From an uncultured Bacilli bacterium (GTDB taxonomy: Bacteria > Bacillota_I > Bacilli_A > RF39 > UBA660): a DNA stretch of 64,000 nucleotides. Numbering within the stretch: position 1 is the stretch's first letter; every line of letters begins with the position of its first letter. The notes beneath the pieces were generated by a model. The model was given only the letters and a program-made list of their open reading frames with translations. It was not told the origin of the DNA and made no database searches. The position numbers were made by a program, and so were the translations under genes. Location: the NCBI GenBank assembly GCA_934086485.1, contig CAKOIF010000001.1, forward strand, positions 55,438-119,437. Direction: 5' to 3'. Shown here piece by piece: positions 58,172 through 64,000 of this stretch.

Positions 58172-61100
58172 ATGGATTATCAAAAATTTATGGAACTTGT
58201 TCCAAAAGAAACAAAAGATTTTGTATTTACAGTATTAGATCGTCTAAATTTTTATGAGAATGCTTCTATTTTTGTTAAAATCAAAGGTTTAGATGGTTAT
58301 TATAAGAAAAACTTCATTACAGGTGATGAAATTAAAATATTATCTATAATGATTAAAATATTAAATACTACAGTATATAATTCTTATTCAAAAGGATTTT
58401 TAACAAGGGACATATATTATCAAAATTTTAATGATATAGGAAATGAACTTGGTAATATAGGCATAAGTTCATTTGAAAAAGGTCCCAGTGAGGAAATACT
58501 TTATAAGAAATATATTGACTACTTTTCCTTTTTAGACAAAGAAATAGATTATTTAACTCTTTCACCATTAAGAATATTTAATAGAGCTTTAACAAAGATT
58601 TATAATGAACCAAAAAATATAGAATTGTACTTAATATCATTACAAAAAGCATTAGAAATACTTCCAAATAATACTAAAATGAATGAAATTGAAAAGAAGT
58701 ATTTAAGTGAAATCAGAAATGATTTATATGAAAAGGCAAGTATTGATGTTATTAAAGTCGTGGAAAATGCCTCTATAATATTTCAAAAAGCAAAAGATAA
58801 CTTTAATGACTATAATGACTTATCAAGTATTACAATTTTAATGTCTATACTTTTAAGTAGTTCTTGTAAAGAGATTCAAAGTAAACTTTCTTCATATGAA
58901 TTTGACATTGTAAATAAAGAAAAATACAGTACTTTTATAGAAAATGAAAAAGTAGATTACGAAATAGTTAAATATTATTTTGAAAAATATTTAAAATTTA
59001 AAAATGTAAATGAATTATTTTTAGCATTATTTGATAGGAAAGTAACTAATTCTGTAGAGGTTGAAAAAATATTTTTAAGTGCAGGACTTTCTAAAGAAAA
59101 AGCAAAAAGTATTTTACTCACTCCCTCAAAAGAGAAAATTATCTCTAACTTTTACTCTGATATTCCTCCAAAAGAAAAATGCGATTATCAGTTGATATGC
59201 TCTATGTATAATAGCGTTAATACCCAAAATAAAAGAATTTACCCTAATGATAATATGTATTTAACTCTTATTATATTTGATTATCAAAATAATGGAAAAC
59301 TATCAAAATATTTTTTAGAAAATGGAGTTACTCTTGAAATGATTTTATCTAAATATAGTATTATATTAAGTGACTCTCAATATATAGACTATCAAACATA
59401 TTTAAATGAAGTGTTAATAGGCTATAAAGATGCAAAAGATAAATTAAAATTTATGGCAAGTAGTGATTTTATAGTTAATTTATTTAATGAATTTGCTAAA
59501 AATAAAACAAATAATTTAGAAAGTGATATTAATAATTATTATAAACTTATTGCAATAAAAGAAACTGAGGAATCTTATGAAAGAATTTATAAAGGTAAAG
59601 ATAAAATATATATTGATTTTTTAAATACCTCTTATGAAATATATGATAAGTTAAGAAATCTTGATGTAGTAAATAGCATTTTATCACAAACTGATTTAAA
59701 AGTATTATCAATAATGATTGCAATAAATAGGCTAATAGCTTGTTTCTTAATAAAGGATGGATTAGATAAAAATGGTCTAAATAAAGTACTAGGAGAAGTT
59801 TATAACGTTAAGTTTAGTCTATATGACAGGGTAGATAGCTCATTTGAAATTAATCTTTCTAATGGAAAAGTAAGTACAACTTTAATACAAAAAATAAATG
59901 TTGGTGATCATCCAGTAGAGGTTGAAAGAGAGTTTGGCTCATATTTAGGTGATGATTTATTAAATACTTTATATAAACTTTTTGAGGTAGAAAAAGATAA
60001 TAGTTTAATTTTGAAAAAACTATTTATGGGTAAAACTATAGATGAAATTAAAAATAGTATTGATAATGAAGCAAATAGGTTCTTTAATAAGAAAGAATAT
60101 GATGAATATCAAAAATTATTATGTATGCCAAATGATAATGCTTGTGATTCTACAAAACAACTCCTTAATAAACTTTGTATGATAAATTTAACTGATATAA
60201 AAGTAAACATTTTATATGAATTTGTAGCTATGAATTTTGATAATAATACACTTGATTTTTATCAAGATGCTTTAGAAAAATATGGAATTACTAAAGAAAG
60301 TTTGAAAGAAAAATTTGGATTTATTAATAGTGAATTTGCTTATAATGAAATTAATTTAGAAAACTTTATGTCTTTAGTTAACTATTTTATAGTTGAAAAT
60401 AATAATCACAAATATAAAAATAATATTCAAAATATATTAATTAGTTTAATTGGAGACGGTTATTTTGATGAATTAATTACTAATAAAAAAGCACTTTTAT
60501 ATGAACTTAAAGAAACTAAAAAATATATTCCATCACTTACTGAAACTATTGAAAATTTACAAAATAGTGTAGTCGAGGAAGTTAACATTGATAGTTTAAG
60601 CGAAATAATGAAGTTTGGCGATGCTTTAACTGGTGAATATGAACTTGTTACAAGTGAAGAAAGAAAAGCCTTAGAAAGTGATAGTAGTGCATTATCAATT
60701 CAAACTATAAATGATTTATTATCAAGAAAAAATAAACCTAAAAAAGGATTTTGGGCATCATTATTTGAGCCATATGAAGAAGAAAAAAATATTACTGATG
60801 TTCCAACTTTAAAAGAGGCAATCAACAAAAATATTATGATATTATCTAGGGAACTTTTAACATTTGATTTGGTAAGAAAATATATATCAGTTTATTTTGC
60901 TAAAAATCTAGAATATGTTAATAAATCTAGTGAAGCACTTGCTTTATTAAATGAAAGACTTAGTAAGTTAAATCCTAAAGATACTTTTGAATATGCTTCC
61001 TTTTTAGAGGTAAATTCAATGAAAACAATTATGACAGAAAAAAATAAAAGATTTAATGTTACAAGCTCGCTTTTAAATCAAGAATTATATAAAATTAATG

Positions 61101-61402
61101 CCGCAATTGTAAACCATTTTATTACAATAAATGCCTTAGAAATGGCAAGAGATGACTTAATACCTTTAATAGGTAGTGAGGTTATAATTGGTACGGGATT
61201 TATATCAAATAATAGTGCTATGCAAATTACAAATGATGTAATTGGTCTTTTTCAAGCAATTCTTGCACAAAATGTTGAACAAACTAAAATTATGCTTGAA
61301 AGGCTTAATAATATGCCAAACATTGATGTTACAAAGTTAAATGCTAATGTAAATGGTTATATTGAAATGCTTGAGGAAAAAAATAGAAGTTTAGAAATGT
61401 AA
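58172..61402 (+). CDS. large alpha-helical protein; C-terminal ~350 aa possibly TelA-like
   Basis: 1076 aa from ATG 58172 (GGGGG RBS). No enzymatic motif seen. The resemblance of the C-terminal helical region to the toxic-anion-resistance TelA family is tentative. Confidence 0.5.
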   Translation: MDYQKFMELVPKETKDFVFTVLDRLNFYENASIFVKIKGLDGYYKKNFITGDEIKILSIMIKILNTTVYNSYSKGFLTRDIYYQNFNDIGNELGNIGISSFEKGPSEEILYKKYIDYFSFLDKEIDYLTLSPLRIFNRALTKIYNEPKNIELYLISLQKALEILPNNTKMNEIEKKYLSEIRNDLYEKASIDVIKVVENASIIFQKAKDNFNDYNDLSSITILMSILLSSSCKEIQSKLSSYEFDIVNKEKYSTFIENEKVDYEIVKYYFEKYLKFKNVNELFLALFDRKVTNSVEVEKIFLSAGLSKEKAKSILLTPSKEKIISNFYSDIPPKEKCDYQLICSMYNSVNTQNKRIYPNDNMYLTLIIFDYQNNGKLSKYFLENGVTLEMILSKYSIILSDSQYIDYQTYLNEVLIGYKDAKDKLKFMASSDFIVNLFNEFAKNKTNNLESDINNYYKLIAIKETEESYERIYKGKDKIYIDFLNTSYEIYDKLRNLDVVNSILSQTDLKVLSIMIAINRLIACFLIKDGLDKNGLNKVLGEVYNVKFSLYDRVDSSFEINLSNGKVSTTLIQKINVGDHPVEVEREFGSYLGDDLLNTLYKLFEVEKDNSLILKKLFMGKTIDEIKNSIDNEANRFFNKKEYDEYQKLLCMPNDNACDSTKQLLNKLCMINLTDIKVNILYEFVAMNFDNNTLDFYQDALEKYGITKESLKEKFGFINSEFAYNEINLENFMSLVNYFIVENNNHKYKNNIQNILISLIGDGYFDELITNKKALLYELKETKKYIPSLTETIENLQNSVVEEVNIDSLSEIMKFGDALTGEYELVTSEERKALESDSSALSIQTINDLLSRKNKPKKGFWASLFEPYEEEKNITDVPTLKEAINKNIMILSRELLTFDLVRKYISVYFAKNLEYVNKSSEALALLNERLSKLNPKDTFEYASFLEVNSMKTIMTEKNKRFNVTSSLLNQELYKINAAIVNHFITINALEMARDDLIPLIGSEVIIGTGFISNNSAMQITNDVIGLFQAILAQNVEQTKIMLERLNNMPNIDVTKLNANVNGYIEMLEEKNRSLEM

Positions 61403-61417
61403 AGTCTAAACTTTTTT
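61377..61417 (+). repeat. 41-bp perfect direct repeat, copy A (contains stop and terminator hairpin)
   Basis: AAAAAAATAGAAGTTTAGAAATGTAAAGTCTAAACTTTTTT is identical to 62147-62187. Contains the AGTTTAGA..TCTAAACT hairpin plus T run. Confidence 0.9.
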
Positions 61418-61481
61418 AATTTATAAGTTTAAATTTATAATGATTTATGTTATACTACTTGTAGTTATTCAGGAGGTTATA

Positions 61482-62156
61482 ATGAACGAATTTTATTCAA
61501 AAATAGAAGATTGTTATCTATTAGCAGGAAAATTAAAAAAAGAGTTAGAAAGCAAAATTGAATTTTGGGGTTCTACATATCAAGAAGTTCCTAGTGGAAA
61601 GTATTTATCTTCTTATAGAAGAAACAATGGAGAATATATGTTTAATGGACAATACATTCCTTTTTATTTTAAATTTTCAGAGAATGAATTTTTAAGAATA
61701 GGCGTAGGCTCTAACTATCGTGGTAGTTCAATTGGAGAGAAAATGGCTGCATTAAGTGACTTTTATTCAATATTAAGTAAAGAATATGGAGATCCAACTG
61801 TATTTTATACTATTAAAGGTGATGATAAAGAGTTCTTAACTTTACAGTGGGCATTTATTAATAAAGAAGAAGAGATAGTAAAATTTCAAAATGGAACATA
61901 TTTTGATGATGCTGAGATTGATAAATTAATTGTGATAGGTAAAAATAAAGAAAATATTGAAAGTTACAGTTTCAATGACACAACTAGAAACTTTATTTCT
62001 AGGCAAATTGGTTTACCATTTGAATTAATATATTTAATAGATGAAGATATTGAAAATTTTGTTAAACATAAAACAGGTAAAGAAATTACAATTCCTCAAA
62101 ATGCAAAAATAGACTGTGTTCCCGTTACATCATTAGAAAGAACATTAAAAAAATAG
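61482..62156 (+). CDS. hypothetical protein
   Basis: Start moved to ATG 61482 (CAGGAGG RBS). The stop codon lies inside repeat copy B. Confidence 0.55.
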   Translation: MNEFYSKIEDCYLLAGKLKKELESKIEFWGSTYQEVPSGKYLSSYRRNNGEYMFNGQYIPFYFKFSENEFLRIGVGSNYRGSSIGEKMAALSDFYSILSKEYGDPTVFYTIKGDDKEFLTLQWAFINKEEEIVKFQNGTYFDDAEIDKLIVIGKNKENIESYSFNDTTRNFISRQIGLPFELIYLIDEDIENFVKHKTGKEITIPQNAKIDCVPVTSLERTLKK

Positions 62157-62187
62157 AAGTTTAGAAATGTAAAGTCTAAACTTTTTT
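62147..62187 (+). repeat. 41-bp perfect direct repeat, copy B
   Basis: Identical to 61377-61417. Confidence 0.9.
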
Positions 62188-62247
62188 TAATATTTAATTG
62201 AAAAAATGTATAAAATATAATATACTTAATTTAGATAGGAGGACAAA

Positions 62248-62802
62248 ATGAATATAGCGTTAATTGTTATTATAGTTTTAGTTGTAATAATTGCTTTATA
62301 TGTAATTAATACAAGAAATGCATTAGTAGTTTTAAGAAACAAAGTTAAAGACCAATTAAGCCAAATTGATGTTCAACTTAAAAGAAGATTTGATTTAATA
62401 CCTAATTTAGTTGAAACTGTTAAAGGTTATGCTAAACATGAAAAATCTACTTTAGAGGATGTTGTTAAAGCCAGAAATACTTATTTATCTGCTTCAACAC
62501 CTGAAGACCAATTAAAAGCAGATGGTGAGCTTACTAAAGCAGTTAATAAACTTTTTGCTTTAGCGGAAAGTTATCCTGATTTAAAAGCAAATGAAAGCTT
62601 TTTATCACTTCAGAAAGAACTTACTACATGTGAAGAAAAAATTACTTATGCTAGACAATTTTATAATGACTCAGTACTTTCTTACAATAACAAGATTGAA
62701 CTTTTTCCTAGTAGTATAATTGCTAGTATGTTCCATTTTGAAAAAGAGAAATTCTTTGAGGCAAGTGTTGAAGAAAGAAAAAATGTACAAGTAAAATTCT
62801 AG
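62248..62802 (+). CDS. lemA: LemA family protein
   Basis: N-terminal TM segment followed by RNALVVLRNKVKDQLSQIDVQLKRRFDLIPNLVETVKGYAKHE and YNDSVLSYNN motifs. Confidence 0.9.
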   Translation: MNIALIVIIVLVVIIALYVINTRNALVVLRNKVKDQLSQIDVQLKRRFDLIPNLVETVKGYAKHEKSTLEDVVKARNTYLSASTPEDQLKADGELTKAVNKLFALAESYPDLKANESFLSLQKELTTCEEKITYARQFYNDSVLSYNNKIELFPSSIIASMFHFEKEKFFEASVEERKNVQVKF

Positions 62803-62836
62803 GCATTGCAAAATGCCTTTTTTAATAGGAAGGTTT

Positions 62837-64000
62837 ATGAGAAAAAGAAATTTATTATTATTTATTATTTTAATGTTATTTCCAGTTTTAGTATTTGCTA
62901 AAAATGATATTTATTCAAAAAATGCTGATATTTATATTAATAAAGATGGTAGTGCAAATGTTACTGAAACTTGGGATGTAAAAGGACAAGATGGAACAGA
63001 GTGGTATATTCCCCTTACTAATCTTGGTCAAAGTGAAATTTTAAACTACAATGTTTCAATGGATGGTAAAGAATTAAAATTTAAAAGTTGGAACATTAAT
63101 GAAAGTATAAGTCAAAAAGCCGGTTATTATGGAATAAATTATGTAAATAATGGTATGGAGTTATGCTTTGGTAAAACAGATTATAAAAGACATACTTTTG
63201 TAGTTAAATATACTATTACTAATTTTGTATTTACCACAAGTGATGCGGATGTTATATCTTGGCGTATATTTGAATATCAAAATAGTTCAACAAATTGGGA
63301 AAACTTTACAGTTAATATAAAAAGCTTTTATTCATTTCCTGATACTTTAGATGTATGGGGATATGGATACAAAGGTTATGCTTATGTAAAAGATGGAATG
63401 ATTCAAATGTCTAATGAAGGAGATATGGGTACAAACTATGTTGTACTTCAGGCAAAATTTCCAAAAGGTACTTTTGAAAACCTAGTTACATATTCTGAGT
63501 TTGAAACTTTTGATGATGTAAAAGATATGAATGATGAAGAAAAATTTGACTATGATTATGATTTAGATAATGAGTATTCAAATTTAAGTACATTAGGAAA
63601 AATATGGTATATTATAAAAAATATTATTTCTACAGTATTTCCATTTGCATTATTTGTTTGGATTGCTGTAATGTGTACTAAACCTGAATTTGGTTACAAA
63701 GATAATAAAAAAATTGATAAGAATAATACACCAATGTTTAGAGATATTCCTTGCAATAAAGATATTTATTATGCAAATACACTTATTTATTTAAATAAAT
63801 TTGGCTATAAGGAAGGAAATATAATTGGGGCAATTATTCTTAAATGGATTAAAGAAGATAAAGTTAGATATATTAAACGTAATGATGGTACTAGAAAAGA
63901 AGAAAGTGTATTAGATTTAACTAGTAAGCCTGAATTTACTGAAAAAGTTGAACAAGAATTATTTGATATTATGTATAAAGCTTCAGGTGATGGATATCTT
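62837..64000 (+). CDS. DUF2207-like membrane protein (3' end outside window)
   Basis: Absent from the track because it has no stop in the window. ATG 62837 follows AGGAAGG. Has a signal peptide and is in the usual LemA partner position. The frame is open to the window end. Confidence 0.65.
   Translation, partial: MRKRNLLLFIILMLFPVLVFAKNDIYSKNADIYINKDGSANVTETWDVKGQDGTEWYIPLTNLGQSEILNYNVSMDGKELKFKSWNINESISQKAGYYGINYVNNGMELCFGKTDYKRHTFVVKYTITNFVFTTSDADVISWRIFEYQNSSTNWENFTVNIKSFYSFPDTLDVWGYGYKGYAYVKDGMIQMSNEGDMGTNYVVLQAKFPKGTFENLVTYSEFETFDDVKDMNDEEKFDYDYDLDNEYSNLSTLGKIWYIIKNIISTVFPFALFVWIAVMCTKPEFGYKDNKKIDKNNTPMFRDIPCNKDIYYANTLIYLNKFGYKEGNIIGAIILKWIKEDKVRYIKRNDGTRKEESVLDLTSKPEFTEKVEQELFDIMYKASGDGYL

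Overview
Very AT-rich (roughly 27% GC by eye) chromosomal segment from a spore-forming Bacillota (Firmicutes); species not identifiable from sequence alone. The backbone is housekeeping: mtnN, nusB, xseAB, tig, spoIVB, lon, murF, ddl, dnaG-rpoD-trmK, pilC/prepilin peptidase, comEA-comEC, ackA, ftsW/spoVE, a glmS ribozyme plus glmS, and lemA/DUF2207. Accessory cassettes are interspersed. The main finding is a conserved ~165-bp element found four times (2963-3127, 9104-9268, 14086-14250, 43994-44142), each directly upstream of a paralogous membrane-anchored surface-protein gene. A degenerate fifth relic lies at 36948-36990. Each element has imperfect inverted repeats flanking a ~91-bp core that carries a sigma-A-like promoter. 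In the fourth copy the core is reverse-complemented relative to the other three. This is the signature of a multi-locus invertible-promoter (phase-variation) system, and no recombinase gene is visible in the window. Other observations: two amidoligase-domain paralogs beside switch-controlled genes; one promoter/leader module shared by two Rpn-like nuclease genes and a sortase operon; an identical alternative-sigma-like motif upstream of dnaG and comEA; and two small gene cassettes flanked by 41-bp direct repeats. No rRNA, tRNA or CRISPR array was seen. All product calls rest on motif recognition by eye, not on searches.
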